DNA of 64,000 nt. Origin: Escherichia phage phi G17. Location of the stretch: the sequence record NC_070870.1. The stretch is one strand, 5' to 3'. The stretch's first letter is position 1, and each line of letters begins with the position of its first letter. The notes under the pieces were generated by a model. The model saw nothing but the letters and a program-made list of their open reading frames with translations. It ran no database searches and was not told the origin of the DNA. Shown here one piece after another: positions 20,901 to 28,989 of this stretch. The position numbers and the translations under genes are program-made.

Positions 20901-23900
20901 CTGTTACGTGTAGGTGCTGAGCAGATTGAACGTAACCTGCGTAACATTGCTCTGGGTGTAGATATTCGCCACAAAGTAATGAACCAGGTACAGACCACTG
21001 TTGACCAGATGGCTGCTGTAGGTGCTCCTTATGTGAACAACGGTAAAATCTCTCTGGAAGGTCTGACGGTAGACCAGCAAGTAGCTAAGCTGAACGAACT
21101 GTTTGATGCTGAATTAAACAAGCGTCGTGATGCAGTACGTGCTGCTAAAGCAGAACCAGTGAAAGAAGTACCGGCAATGGAACAAGTTGGTCGTGTGCTT
21201 AAGTCAGGTGTACGTCTGCTGTCCAATACTGCCATTACTAAACTGGCTAAAGAGATGTCCCCAGAACAGCAAGCAGTATTGAAAGAAGTACAGAACTCCC
21301 TTGCTGCTAAAGACTACAAGGTTGTTTATGGTACTCCTGCTCAACTGGATGCTTATGCTATTGAGAAGAACATTACTCGCCCAGCACCGGAAGATATTGA
21401 AGCTGCTGAAGCAGGTAATGCATACGGCTGGACTAACTTTGATGATAAGACTATCTACTTAGTTACCCCTTCCTTAGAGACTCTGGTTCATGAATTGGTA
21501 CATGCTTCTACTTTTGAATCTGTACTGGCTCACTACGAGGGTACTCCTAATGAAGCAGTCCAGAATATTGAAGACTTGATGAACCAGTTCCGTGCTCTGG
21601 ATGTTAAGGATGAATCCCCGGCAGTACGTGAAGCATATGCTGATGCACTCAATACCATTAACGGTCACTTGTCTAATGGTTTCATTGAGCCAGCAATGTC
21701 TAAAGCTGCTGCACTGAATGAGTACATGGCATGGGGCTTAACCAACCGTGAACTGATTGGTAAGCAGAAGAAGACCACTGCACTGAAAGCTATGGTTCAG
21801 TCTGTGTATGAAGCAATTAAGCGTCTGGTATTTGGTCGTAAGAAAGCACCTGTTAATGCAGATGATATGTTCTCTGGCTTACTGTTTAACTCATCTGTAG
21901 TTATGCGTGGACAGGCTCCTACTGCTGCTGTATCCAAGGACACTACCTTGTTCCATAGCAAAGCATATGGTGACAATACTCGTCTGGAAGAGTTAGGGCA
22001 GACCTTTGATAAGCTGATTACTAACTACATTGGTTCTGAACCAGTACAGCAAGTAATCCGTAAAGGTAAGTTTTCTGATGCAGTAGTGAATGCAACTAAA
22101 GTAACCCGTGATGTTCAGGCTCATGGCTTTACTATGAATATGCAGGAACAGCGACTGTTCACTAATATTGTTGCTGCTTTGGCTACTGAAGCTGCTATTA
22201 GTCCGGCTGCTCTTTCTCGTGCACAGGAATATTATGCACATGTTACTAAGAATCTGACTGTTGAAGCATTCATGACAGACCCGGATAGTACTAACCCTGC
22301 TGACCGTTATTATGCACAGCAGAAGTTCGATACCATCATGGGTGCTAATAATATTGAGTATGATGCACAGGGTCGTTCTTCCTTACTGCCTACCTTTGTG
22401 GCTCTGGCAATGGTAAGTGAAGATGTACGTAATGTACTGGCTGACATTCCTGTTATGAAAGCAGATAAGCAATCCGGTAATACCGTTGATGCAATGCTGA
22501 CTAACATTGGTACTGCTGCAATGGCTAGCCTGAATGCTCGTGTAGCAGGTGACACTAAAGCTACTAACGTACAGGAAGGTATGGATGCACTGGCTCAGAC
22601 AATCATGCAGACTAGTCTTAATGCACAGTCATTCTATGATTCCATTGCTACCCCTAGTGGTAATGCTATCGACCGTGCTAACCAGTATCTGGTGGACTCT
22701 ATTGATGTACTGTCCACCCGTGCTTTAGATGGTGCACGTGAGGTTGCAGCTAATACCAAGAATCCGTTGGTTAAGGGTGCTGCTCATGCTGCTCAACTGG
22801 TAGCTGCCATTGCTACAGAGAAGAATGGTGCAATCGTAGCTGAAGGTGTTATGGCTGCAATGAACCAGGGTAAAGCATGGCAACCTTTCCATGACCTGGT
22901 TAATGACTTAACCGGTCGTACTAAGAGCAATGCTTCTGTGTATGATTTAATTAAAGCAGTTCGTGCACAGGTACAGGCTGACCGTCAACAGTTCCGTGAA
23001 CATCTGCCTACCACTATCGCATCTAAGTTCAGCCGTAAGCTGACCAATGATGAATGGAAAGCAATGCACACTGGTATGGGTAAAACTGATTTGGCTGTTC
23101 TGCGTGACACTATGTCTCTGGCTGAAATCCGTGACTTGCTGACTGACCAGAAGATTGTTGACCGTGAAGTGAATAAGCTGGAAGCAGATTTGCAGAAGCA
23201 AGCTGGTCGTAACTGGCCCCTGATTAATCGTAAATCTAAGCAACTGGCTCAGTACATGATTAACGGTACAGTCGGTAATAACCTGCTGCGTAATGCTACT
23301 GCAATCTCCCGTATGCTGGGTGAACGTCAGGCTGCTCGCTCTACCGTAGATGTAGCTCAACTGGATAAACTGATTACTCTGTATGCACTGGAAGCAATGA
23401 ACAAGAAAGACCGTGAGATGTTATCTTCACTGGCTCAATCAGAAGTTGATGGAATGGACTTTGTTACTTCTTATCTGGTTGGTCAGCGTAAAGATGAAAT
23501 GGCTAAAGCCAAATCTGATATGCGTGCAACCCTGAACCAGTACAAAGGGCATATCCCTAGCGAGAACAAACAGGGTGTTAATCTGATTGTTGCTGAAGAT
23601 AGTCAGTTTGCTGATTTGATTGAGAAGTCTTATGTACGTCTGGGTACTTATCAGGGTAGCTCTGCTAACCGTGGTCCGGCACGTAGCTACTACTTCGCAC
23701 CAGTACAGGCACAGGCTCCATTCTCACAGGGTATCCTACAGAACGTTCGTAATACTGCTGGTGGTGTAGACCTCGGCACAGGTTTTACGATGGGTTCAAT
23801 GGTGGCTGGTCGTATTACTGACAAGCCTTCTGTAGACCGTATTACTAAAGCACTGGCTCGTGGTGAGCGTGGTAATGAACCACTGCTGCCTGTATATGAT

Positions 23901-25292
23901 GACAAAGGTAATGTGGTTGCCTATGAGCAATCAATTGACCCTAACATGCTGAAGCACATTGAAGGCGAGAATCACCTTGCCCGTGCAATCGGTGTATGGC
24001 GTGGTCGTCAGGTTGAAGAAGCTAAGGCACAGCGTTTCAACGATATGCTGATTGAGAACCTGCATAGCATGTACGAGAACGACATTAAAATGTCTGCCTC
24101 TAATAAGTCCCAGTACGTGAACCTTCTTGGTTCTAAACTGGACCCAGTAACTGCTGATGCGCTTAAGCTGATGAACAGTGAAACTCGTCAGAAAGCAGAG
24201 AGCCTGTTTGGTGAGGGCGAACTATGGGTACGTCGTGACATGCTGAATGATGCACTAGGTTATCGTGCAGCTTCAGTTGGTGATGCATGGTCTGGTAACT
24301 CTCGTTGGTCCCCGGAAACTCTGGATACCTTCAAGAAAGCTATGCTGGGTGTATTCGGCAACCGTGCTTATAAGTACACAATGGGTGGAGAGAACCTGGT
24401 TCAGAACTTAGTTAAAGAAGCCAAGACTCTGATTGTAGTTAAGTCAGTAGTCGTACCTGCTGTTAACTTCTTGGCCAACCTTTACCAGATGGTTGCTCGT
24501 GGTGTACCGGTTAAGAACATTGCTAAGAGCATTCCACAGAAAACTGCTGAGATTAACCAGTACCTGAAATCTCGTCTGCGTCAGGTGGATGCAGAAGCAG
24601 AATTACGTGCAGCTACTAACCCGAACCAGATTCGTAAACTTAAGGCTGAGATTCAGTCCATCTCTGATAGCCATAAGCGTATGAGTATCTGGCCCCTGTT
24701 GGAAGCTGGTGAGTTCTCTTCAATTGCAGATGCTGGTATTGGTCGTGATGACATCCTGATTACTGAGGGTAAGATTCACGAATACATGGATAAGCTGGCT
24801 GATAAGTTGCCCAAGTCTGTACGTACTGCTGGTCGTTATGCACTTATCACTAAGGATACTGCTCTGTTCCAGGGCATCCAGAAGACGGTTGAGTACTCTG
24901 ACTTTATTGCTAAAGCAATCATCTACGATGAACTGACCCAGCGTAAAGGTAAGACTCGTGAAGAGGCACTTGGTCGTGTAACGGAAGAGTTCGTTAACTA
25001 TGACCGTCTGCCTGGTCGCTTCCGTGGATATATGGAAAGCGTTGGTTTAATGTGGTTCTACAACTTTAAGATTCGTTCTGCAAAAGTTGCAGTATCCATG
25101 ATTCGTAATAACCCAGTACATGCAGCAATGGCTATGTTGGCTCCAACTCCTACCATGTTTGGTAATGTTGGCTTACCTATTCAGGACAACATCTTCAGCA
25201 TTGCAGCACAGGGTAACATGGGTTACTCGTGGGGCTTTGGTCAGGGACTTCGTGCTCACAACCTTAACCCTTGGCTGAACTTAACTAACTAA
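14922..25292 (+). CDS. virion-encapsidated RNA polymerase (giant vRNAP, N4 gp50-like)
   Basis: Single uninterrupted 3456-aa ORF; N4 vRNAP is about 3500 aa and is the last gene of the late strand, as here; internal K-x-P-x-T-x-x-YG segment (KNPLTITIYGSG) resembles T7-like motif B. Confidence 0.85.
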   Translation: MNRKHAMSTFDRLAGFADSITNAKQVDVSTATSQKQAAQGQSPFQLTPENAYNLQTGRVGNLGTGAFEPGSLQADFTQASPLEIINKYGNEQGLQILNSRANAADVVRQDLSKQRTNAEAFGDTLSGVGLGVANTLGGIAALGTGLVNDNAGASIASGMDWLNEGVRNLQSDALNANRNVVQNQNQITAQENQKLYEQDIKNGENDLVASLSRIGRDAFDSVANTLDNGMAASDGLSEGIGSLFTGGPLIRGVSALGKVMVGGDKAVKGITLAAELGSRPAQVALSAGRVAAPAVAIGGMEAGGAYQQTASEIMKMSHQELASKSPVYQQHIADGLSPDEARRQTASETGITAAGLTAPVAAATGPLVSRFELNPLKVGSLAGAGSNMLRETVEEGIQSGFGQFAQNTAIKENVDASRDTLKGVGEQAGLGALYGFGSAGVAQAPGATVKAAGAAVAPAVRTTLAGASLVGNALAKAASPITNILVQRGEEVAKRNEQASPVADATVSAAAQEATAQSEQAQATVQEAVDAMDITPEEKAAATQYASDLTQAMNFDPVEIEQANPAIREAVSGSTNRVEAIQKMADLVNTAEDPNVQMEAAIQMYDNIMSMDSFINRDPGALANLEQGSPAAAIVDQFSGLMANVQNTPKVLRAFRAIHSMIQEQAEAGKLKATEEANQAQANNIAMAADVSPEVLDADSVNMVLKHASEGKITLGNRQRAALQSAAAVLQGAREFDAKAEELGLRPQDIVSKQIKTDESRSNEGQYSALQHAKRIRSAYNSGNFDLASAYLNDFMQFAQHMQNKVGALNEHLVSGNADKNKSVHYQALSPSREWVRSRTGLGVNPYDTKSVKFAQQVGLEAKTVADIANALATAYPELNVSHVNVTSLDSRLDKPAAQVVKEFRQGGLDATQSQQTNEPVNQVDETPAPVQETAPTVQPKAEPVVENKPAPTKDTSSKTEEVSTTKSETVDATLTNEDTTQEVAETKTEMESVFPVYNNEKTPNQFLKAFTLPEEPKSRTIGSESPLTDVKQALSSAARFEAFTQKENNALTGDVMKRYQDLMDFGETLKTTLSDRLAKFLANKNVGKRFAEGTEANRWVGGKLLNIVEQDGDTFKFNNQLLETAVLAGLQWRLTATQNAAVKDMKDVAAITGVEASLLPEGILAEFENAQTLVEATNSLAQKIESYWGLNRNANAPLGYTKGIPMAMATEILSSLIEMGEVKESMLDVSEIDPASNKTVGLYTIEKLDDNDAINKFPTAIEEAVLLEPEEKMYFGDDIPSVAQTQLRNPAVKNTPEQKAALKAEQATEFRVHMPMVNFYEAMGRENILELMGAGTLNPELLNVNTAKSLEGKNLSVSMAYDSLFGVISQVREQEAGLDTPIHYGYNMTRVGRMQMLGKNNPQSSKLVREAILPTFSTIDLSNENSQTFSDFQLGLAQALGIKVHNMSREAMSEKLTKALEGNLKPAVDMMVEFDKSGHLPTDAVDILKTSLGGDKSFVALMALMEYARYLNSDDRANFNTPLYVEADGVTNGPINAMVLMTGGKFTPDWIKNTAKGGLFFDKAGKTMNEHRSQDDSVDLYEASTNGLQQALNELRTTYRNNVPVMNQMNHLQKIMDLFIKDFNLNEDGTLDLKRGIAKNPLTITIYGSGARGIAGKMVSAITDTIYERFSDVLQARAADPSISPAMAMFGKEAASEADAQAMLDTFLTSMEALTGNVPVMRKGELSIQQAEGALTGKLDPQKFTVSGNALKNLQENMLHLFVEPMRTGIQNTVGEGLMHSTENLQKATQIQSLVLQDMFQQAVQAKLAEKENDPTWKKGDFLTQKELNEIQESLSPLAPMIETGSQTFYIAGSENTDVANQVLATNLDDRMRVPMSIYAPSQAGVAGIPFMTIGTGDGMMMQTLSTMKGAPKNTLKIFDGMNIGINDITDASRKANEAVYTSWQGNPIKNVYDSYAKFMKNVDFSKLSDETKQAIAKSALEYDQREGATDDLLRVGAEQIERNLRNIALGVDIRHKVMNQVQTTVDQMAAVGAPYVNNGKISLEGLTVDQQVAKLNELFDAELNKRRDAVRAAKAEPVKEVPAMEQVGRVLKSGVRLLSNTAITKLAKEMSPEQQAVLKEVQNSLAAKDYKVVYGTPAQLDAYAIEKNITRPAPEDIEAAEAGNAYGWTNFDDKTIYLVTPSLETLVHELVHASTFESVLAHYEGTPNEAVQNIEDLMNQFRALDVKDESPAVREAYADALNTINGHLSNGFIEPAMSKAAALNEYMAWGLTNRELIGKQKKTTALKAMVQSVYEAIKRLVFGRKKAPVNADDMFSGLLFNSSVVMRGQAPTAAVSKDTTLFHSKAYGDNTRLEELGQTFDKLITNYIGSEPVQQVIRKGKFSDAVVNATKVTRDVQAHGFTMNMQEQRLFTNIVAALATEAAISPAALSRAQEYYAHVTKNLTVEAFMTDPDSTNPADRYYAQQKFDTIMGANNIEYDAQGRSSLLPTFVALAMVSEDVRNVLADIPVMKADKQSGNTVDAMLTNIGTAAMASLNARVAGDTKATNVQEGMDALAQTIMQTSLNAQSFYDSIATPSGNAIDRANQYLVDSIDVLSTRALDGAREVAANTKNPLVKGAAHAAQLVAAIATEKNGAIVAEGVMAAMNQGKAWQPFHDLVNDLTGRTKSNASVYDLIKAVRAQVQADRQQFREHLPTTIASKFSRKLTNDEWKAMHTGMGKTDLAVLRDTMSLAEIRDLLTDQKIVDREVNKLEADLQKQAGRNWPLINRKSKQLAQYMINGTVGNNLLRNATAISRMLGERQAARSTVDVAQLDKLITLYALEAMNKKDREMLSSLAQSEVDGMDFVTSYLVGQRKDEMAKAKSDMRATLNQYKGHIPSENKQGVNLIVAEDSQFADLIEKSYVRLGTYQGSSANRGPARSYYFAPVQAQAPFSQGILQNVRNTAGGVDLGTGFTMGSMVAGRITDKPSVDRITKALARGERGNEPLLPVYDDKGNVVAYEQSIDPNMLKHIEGENHLARAIGVWRGRQVEEAKAQRFNDMLIENLHSMYENDIKMSASNKSQYVNLLGSKLDPVTADALKLMNSETRQKAESLFGEGELWVRRDMLNDALGYRAASVGDAWSGNSRWSPETLDTFKKAMLGVFGNRAYKYTMGGENLVQNLVKEAKTLIVVKSVVVPAVNFLANLYQMVARGVPVKNIAKSIPQKTAEINQYLKSRLRQVDAEAELRAATNPNQIRKLKAEIQSISDSHKRMSIWPLLEAGEFSSIADAGIGRDDILITEGKIHEYMDKLADKLPKSVRTAGRYALITKDTALFQGIQKTVEYSDFIAKAIIYDELTQRKGKTREEALGRVTEEFVNYDRLPGRFRGYMESVGLMWFYNFKIRSAKVAVSMIRNNPVHAAMAMLAPTPTMFGNVGLPIQDNIFSIAAQGNMGYSWGFGQGLRAHNLNPWLNLTN

Positions 25293-25294
25293 AT

Positions 25295-25328
25295 AAAAAA
25301 GCCCCTCTAATGAGGGGCTTTGCTTTTT
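25295..25328. terminator. bidirectional terminator between convergent vRNAP and minus-strand genes
   Basis: AGCCCCTC-TAAT-GAGGGGCT hairpin flanked by AAAAAA upstream and TTTGCTTTTT downstream. Confidence 0.7.
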
Positions 25329-25342
25329 AAAAGTCTGGGTGT

Positions 25343-25546
25343 TCATCTTTCATTAGGAAGTTTTCCTGTTTCGATAATACTTCTCAGAGTTTCCTCTGTA
25401 GGGAACCACAGAAATGAGAAGTAGAGTTTCTTAGCCACGTAACGAGTTACTCCCAGCTTCTCTGCGATTTCATCGAATGAATATGTACGGACGGTATTGT
25501 TGAGAATGGCTTCACGAACAACAGAGGTAATAGATACTTGTGTCAT
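25343..25546 (-). CDS. hypothetical small protein
   Basis: 67 aa ORF between two terminator-like hairpins. Confidence 0.3.
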   Translation of the reverse strand: MTQVSITSVVREAILNNTVRTYSFDEIAEKLGVTRYVAKKLYFSFLWFPTEETLRSIIETGKLPNER

Positions 25547-25670
25547 AATAGTTTCCTACAGATATGAGAAAGCCCTCACTAGGAGGGCTTGTTTTGTTTT
25601 GGCTTCTAGAGCCTTACCACATGTCGGGTAGTTCAGTACCTTTCGGTAAAAACTACCTTACACCTGTTTG

Positions 25671-26063
25671 TTAAATTGTGCAACCACCACCGTCACATGT
25701 GTTGTTTTCTGCAAAGGAAGCCAGTGCCTTAGCAGTCTCCTCTTTCTCATGCAGTGCCTGACGTAGCAGGTAACCTTCTAATTCCCAAATCTTATTGAAT
25801 GCATTTTCATATGCATAACGACGACCTACCCACTCATCGTAGATAGCTGGGTCAACACAGGCAGATACGCCTTCAACTTTGAAGCCATTTTCCAGGATGA
25901 TAGTGCAATAGGTTACTAGGCTCAGATTAGCCAAATCATCTTCCGGGATTGCAGAAGGGTTAGCGAATCCAGACTTCACTGCATCAGCACCATTGAAATA
26001 GTAGACGCTTTTAATTTTAGCTTCGATTGATTCTTTACTTACTGTTGCCATTATTAGCCTCAT
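25671..26063 (-). CDS. hypothetical protein
   Basis: 130 aa ORF. Confidence 0.4.
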   Translation of the reverse strand: MRLIMATVSKESIEAKIKSVYYFNGADAVKSGFANPSAIPEDDLANLSLVTYCTIILENGFKVEGVSACVDPAIYDEWVGRRYAYENAFNKIWELEGYLLRQALHEKEETAKALASFAENNTCDGGGCTI

Positions 26064-26220
26064 AGAGTGGTTTGAGTTTGTACTTAAACATGACTGCGTT
26101 GTTATAGGCTACGCTACCTGCAAACACCAAGGACTTACGTCCTCGGTTATCCGTTACCTCATAGGCATACGGGGTTAAGATTAGGTCAATCATCTTGGAT
26201 GTCCAATTAACAATATTCAA
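26035..26220 (-). CDS. hypothetical small protein (doubtful)
   Basis: 61 aa ORF starting immediately after a minus-strand terminator; may be spurious. Confidence 0.2.
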   Translation of the reverse strand: MNIVNWTSKMIDLILTPYAYEVTDNRGRKSLVFAGSVAYNNAVMFKYKLKPLYEANNGNSK

Positions 26221-26247
26221 ATAAAAAAGTCCCTCCGAAGAGGGACT
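26221..26247 (-). terminator. rho-independent terminator (minus orientation)
   Basis: On minus strand AGTCCCTC-TTCG-GAGGGACT followed by TTTTTTAT. Confidence 0.65.
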
Positions 26248-26407
26248 TAGTAGCTTTTAATAGATAGCTGTATTTGAGCATTATAGTCTGCTCATACTCA
26301 CACTCTTCTGTCGAAGAATATGTTTACAATATCTAGAGTGCCGGACTGTCTTACCGGCATTGTCTTTAGAGTGCTAAGCAATCAGGACTATGTTCTCTAT
26401 TAATGGG

Positions 26408-26481
26408 TGCCCACTACTGGATTTGAACCAGTGACTTTCCGATTATTAGTCGGTTGCTTTCCCCGTCTAAGCTAAGTGGAC
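26408..26481 (-). tRNA. tRNA-like gene, canonical cloverleaf, apparent anticodon AAU
   Basis: Minus-strand read GTCCACT-TA-GCTT-AGACGGGGA-AAGC-A-ACCGA-CTAATAA-TCGGA-AAGTC-ACTGG-TTCAAAT-CCAGT-AGTGGGC-A: 7-bp acceptor (one G-U), 4-bp D stem with GG in D loop, 7-nt anticodon loop with U33, 5-bp T stem with TTCAAAT loop; anticodon stem has one A-A mismatch. Confidence 0.45.
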
Positions 26482-26613
26482 ATAATAGGGTGAGTCATGC
26501 CAGGCTCTAACTGGCTCCTTCTTCGCAATCCTTACATACCCCTACATAATTATTGCGTTAAGCTTTTTTGTTTAAGTTTAAGTGAAGGTGTTCTTGCTGA
26601 CTCATAATACTTT

Positions 26614-26687
26614 CAATTCAGAGTAGCACTCACACAGGATTGTGCCTTTGAATACCGGGAAGTATAAACGAGTGCTACTTTGAATTG
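26614..26687. repeat. long inverted repeat (18-nt arms, 1 mismatch, 38-nt spacer)
   Basis: CAATTCAGAGTAGCACTC at 26614-26631 versus GAGTGCTACTTTGAATTG at 26670-26687. Confidence 0.7.
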
Positions 26688-26857
26688 GTTCCCCGTTTCT
26701 AATACACGGACGGGGACACTCCATGGTCGTTTGATAATCAGGACGACTCACTCCTGACTGAGGTTACGCTGTTAGGCGACCATCAGATACGCTTCTTCGT
26801 TTGCATTTATGTTATTGGTTCGTTTCTAAAAAACCGCATAATCGCTACGAAAACTAT

Positions 26858-26936
26858 CGGGGAGTGCACTAGCTCTGGGCCACGCTCGTGGACATCGACC
26901 TTCCTTCCACAGCTAATCAACTAATACACTCCCCTG
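26858..26936. repeat. inverted repeat (8-9 bp arms GGGGAGTG / CACTCCCC, about 60-nt spacer)
   Basis: CGGGGAGTGCACT at 26858-26870 and ACACTCCCCTG at 26926-26936; shares motif with the 27042-27115 repeat. Confidence 0.6.
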
Positions 26937-27041
26937 TTAGGAAGCTGCCAGGGATTCCACCTGGCTCCATCTGTTTTTAAAGTCACTCAGATATCGTCTG
27001 GACTTCCCATTGCCGTGGGATGTTGATAGAAATGAGAGGTT

Positions 27042-27115
27042 CTATCGGGGAGTACACTTACTCGACTGGTTAAACTATATCTATCCAGCTCCCCAGCAAA
27101 TGTACTCCCCGATAG
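27042..27115. repeat. perfect 15-bp inverted repeat with 44-nt spacer
   Basis: CTATCGGGGAGTACA at 27042-27056 and TGTACTCCCCGATAG at 27101-27115. Confidence 0.75.
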
Positions 27116-27289
27116 TCCATAATAGGAGGGAGGGGACGAATCCTCCCTTTATACCCTATGTTGCATGTAAGATCTAACAATTCGATGCTGTAGATAGCGA
27201 TACTATCCGACATTAAACCCAGCCCCTGGGGGCTTGTGTGATTATAATGCTCAACATTGAGCGGTTAGTTGATAAGGGATCTGAAGCCT

Positions 27290-27317
27290 TATCCCAAAGA
27301 TAATAACCTTTGGGATA
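27290..27317. repeat. perfect 10-bp stem / 8-nt loop hairpin
   Basis: TATCCCAAAG-ATAATAAC-CTTTGGGATA. Confidence 0.6.
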
Positions 27318-27530
27318 TAGCCTAAGATTCAGAAATGGCCCCTATATGGAGAGGCCATTGATTAACCCGAATGTTGCTTTACATTTGCTGTGATAACCAG
27401 TTCTTAAAATAGTCTGTCTGACGGATGGGGAGCCACCCCTAGCGTCAGTGCCATACGGCAAAGATTAAGTTAAGAAAGGTTATGATAGGAGTTCCTATCT
27501 CAAAGGATTCTGACAGAACCCTTCACGATA

Positions 27531-27797
27531 TTAACTACTCTTCTTCAGTGCTTCTACTTCACCATCTTTATACCAGGCATATGGTATCAAGACTTTGCAG
27601 CCTTCTGAATCAATGTGGAATGCTTTGTTTCCTTCAACGGGTTCTCCACCCAGAAAAGAACTAACCTTTCCATTGTGCCAGTGAATAGTAAATTTGTTCA
27701 TATTAACCTCGGTTGAACCAATGGACTGGGGAGAGTATTCCAATCCACTGGTTCGGTTGTTGTTATTCTGGCGGCTTGTCACCACCGTGTTTACCAC
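27531..27797 (-). CDS. hypothetical small protein
   Basis: 88 aa ORF; true start may be internal Met (MNKFTIHW...). Confidence 0.3.
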   Translation of the reverse strand: MVNTVVTSRQNNNNRTSGLEYSPQSIGSTEVNMNKFTIHWHNGKVSSFLGGEPVEGNKAFHIDSEGCKVLIPYAWYKDGEVEALKKSS

Positions 27798-27932
27798 TGC
27801 ATTTCCACAGGATAATGACAGTGATGATAAAAGCTATGTATGGAGCCGACACGTCTATAATCCTGACTAGTAGTAACATCAGGACTATAAACACTACCAC
27901 ACCTAGCAGCAGCTTCTGAGCCACCTACCAGA

Positions 27933-28433
27933 TTAACTACGTTTCAGGCCAGCGAACAGTGAAGGTTTCGCAGCAGGTTTCTCTGCTGGTTCTTCAACCT
28001 TAACTTCTTCCTGCACAGCTTCTTCGTGTGCATCTGGTTCAGTTGTTGCTTCTTCTTCTTCAGCAACTTCTTCTTCAGGTTCCGGCGTAGAACTCTCGTT
28101 CTGACCACCAACTGAGGTCGGGGCATCTACTTTCAGTTCCAGAGGTGCTCCCTCCTTTACCGATTCGGTAACAACTTGTTCACCAACCTCAGGTTCTGGG
28201 GTTGAGTCAACAGGACGATGTTTGGCTTCTTGTGGATTCTTGCGAGGACGGCGGGTCTTCTTCTCTACCACGGGTGGAGTGTCATCATCATGACCGACCT
28301 CTTCATTGATGCCAACGGAGGCAGTACCATCTGAATTCACCAGGATACTAATGTCCCCGGCAAGATTAACTTGTTCATTTACGTAAGCTTCAATAGCAGC
28401 TTCTACTTCGGACTGATTCAGGACGATTTGCAT
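27933..28433 (-). CDS. hypothetical highly acidic protein
   Basis: 166 aa; C-terminal half Glu/Pro/Val-rich low complexity with a short basic patch (KKTRRPRK). Confidence 0.45.
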   Translation of the reverse strand: MQIVLNQSEVEAAIEAYVNEQVNLAGDISILVNSDGTASVGINEEVGHDDDTPPVVEKKTRRPRKNPQEAKHRPVDSTPEPEVGEQVVTESVKEGAPLELKVDAPTSVGGQNESSTPEPEEEVAEEEEATTEPDAHEEAVQEEVKVEEPAEKPAAKPSLFAGLKRS

Positions 28434-28434
28434 A

Positions 28435-28989
28435 TTATGCCTTTATTAATTTAATGAGGTTCTGGAAAGCTGGGAGATTTACACCAGCGTGAATTGCACC
28501 GATTGCATCAGCTAAGTGCTCATTCTTATTTAGAAGTTTGCCTTTCTTATCTGTGAGCCAGTTGGCTTCTGGATAGATGGCATGAGCAGCACGAATCATC
28601 GTGTCTTTGGATGCAGTTTTATCTCCGACCAGTGCAAGTTTGTTTTCAATTGGGGATACTTCAAAGATTGGACAACCCAATGCACGGAATGCACCGATTA
28701 ATCCTACGCATACGCCATAGGATTTCATACCGTTAGCAGACTGAGAGCCTACTGGTACTTCTACGAATACTGCTTTAGCAGACCGTAACCATTCCTCACA
28801 ACCAAGAAACAAATCATAAGAGGCTTGTATATCTTTGGAGTTGGTTCGAACTTGCTTGTTGTGGTCAACTTCAGTTTGAACCAGTTTAAGTTCGACTTGC
28901 TCGAAGACGCCGGACTCAATGTCCAGCATCCCACGAGCTAATCCCCAATTGCGGAGACTAATGTCTGCACCGACAATTGGGATTTTCAT
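28435..28989 (-). CDS. putative RuvC-like (RNase H-fold) Holliday junction resolvase
   Basis: 184 aa; N-terminal IVGADISL and C-terminal EHLADAIGAIHAG resemble RuvC-family catalytic segments; adjacent to SSB and RecA-like genes. Confidence 0.4.
   Translation of the reverse strand: MKIPIVGADISLRNWGLARGMLDIESGVFEQVELKLVQTEVDHNKQVRTNSKDIQASYDLFLGCEEWLRSAKAVFVEVPVGSQSANGMKSYGVCVGLIGAFRALGCPIFEVSPIENKLALVGDKTASKDTMIRAAHAIYPEANWLTDKKGKLLNKNEHLADAIGAIHAGVNLPAFQNLIKLIKA

Noticed and set aside
15190-23905. Numerous 60-140 aa ORFs on both strands inside the vRNAP gene
   Set aside because: All are nested in or antisense to the 10.4-kb vRNAP ORF and have low-complexity translations; taken as frame artefacts
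25555-25590. AAAGCCCTC-ACTA-GGAGGGCTT hairpin with plus-side T tract as a plus-strand terminator
   Set aside because: No plus-strand gene ends here; may be a backup terminator for vRNAP read-through but evidence is insufficient to annotate
27123-27155. GGGAGG-GGACGAAT-CCTCCC hairpin considered as a tRNA T-arm or plus-strand terminator
   Set aside because: Loop lacks the TTC T-loop signature and no acceptor or D arms could be built around it; kept only as part of the structured region
26221-27530. CRISPR array or rRNA fragment in the ORF-free region
   Set aside because: Repeats are inverted with variable spacing, not regularly spaced direct repeats; no rRNA-like conserved segments recognised
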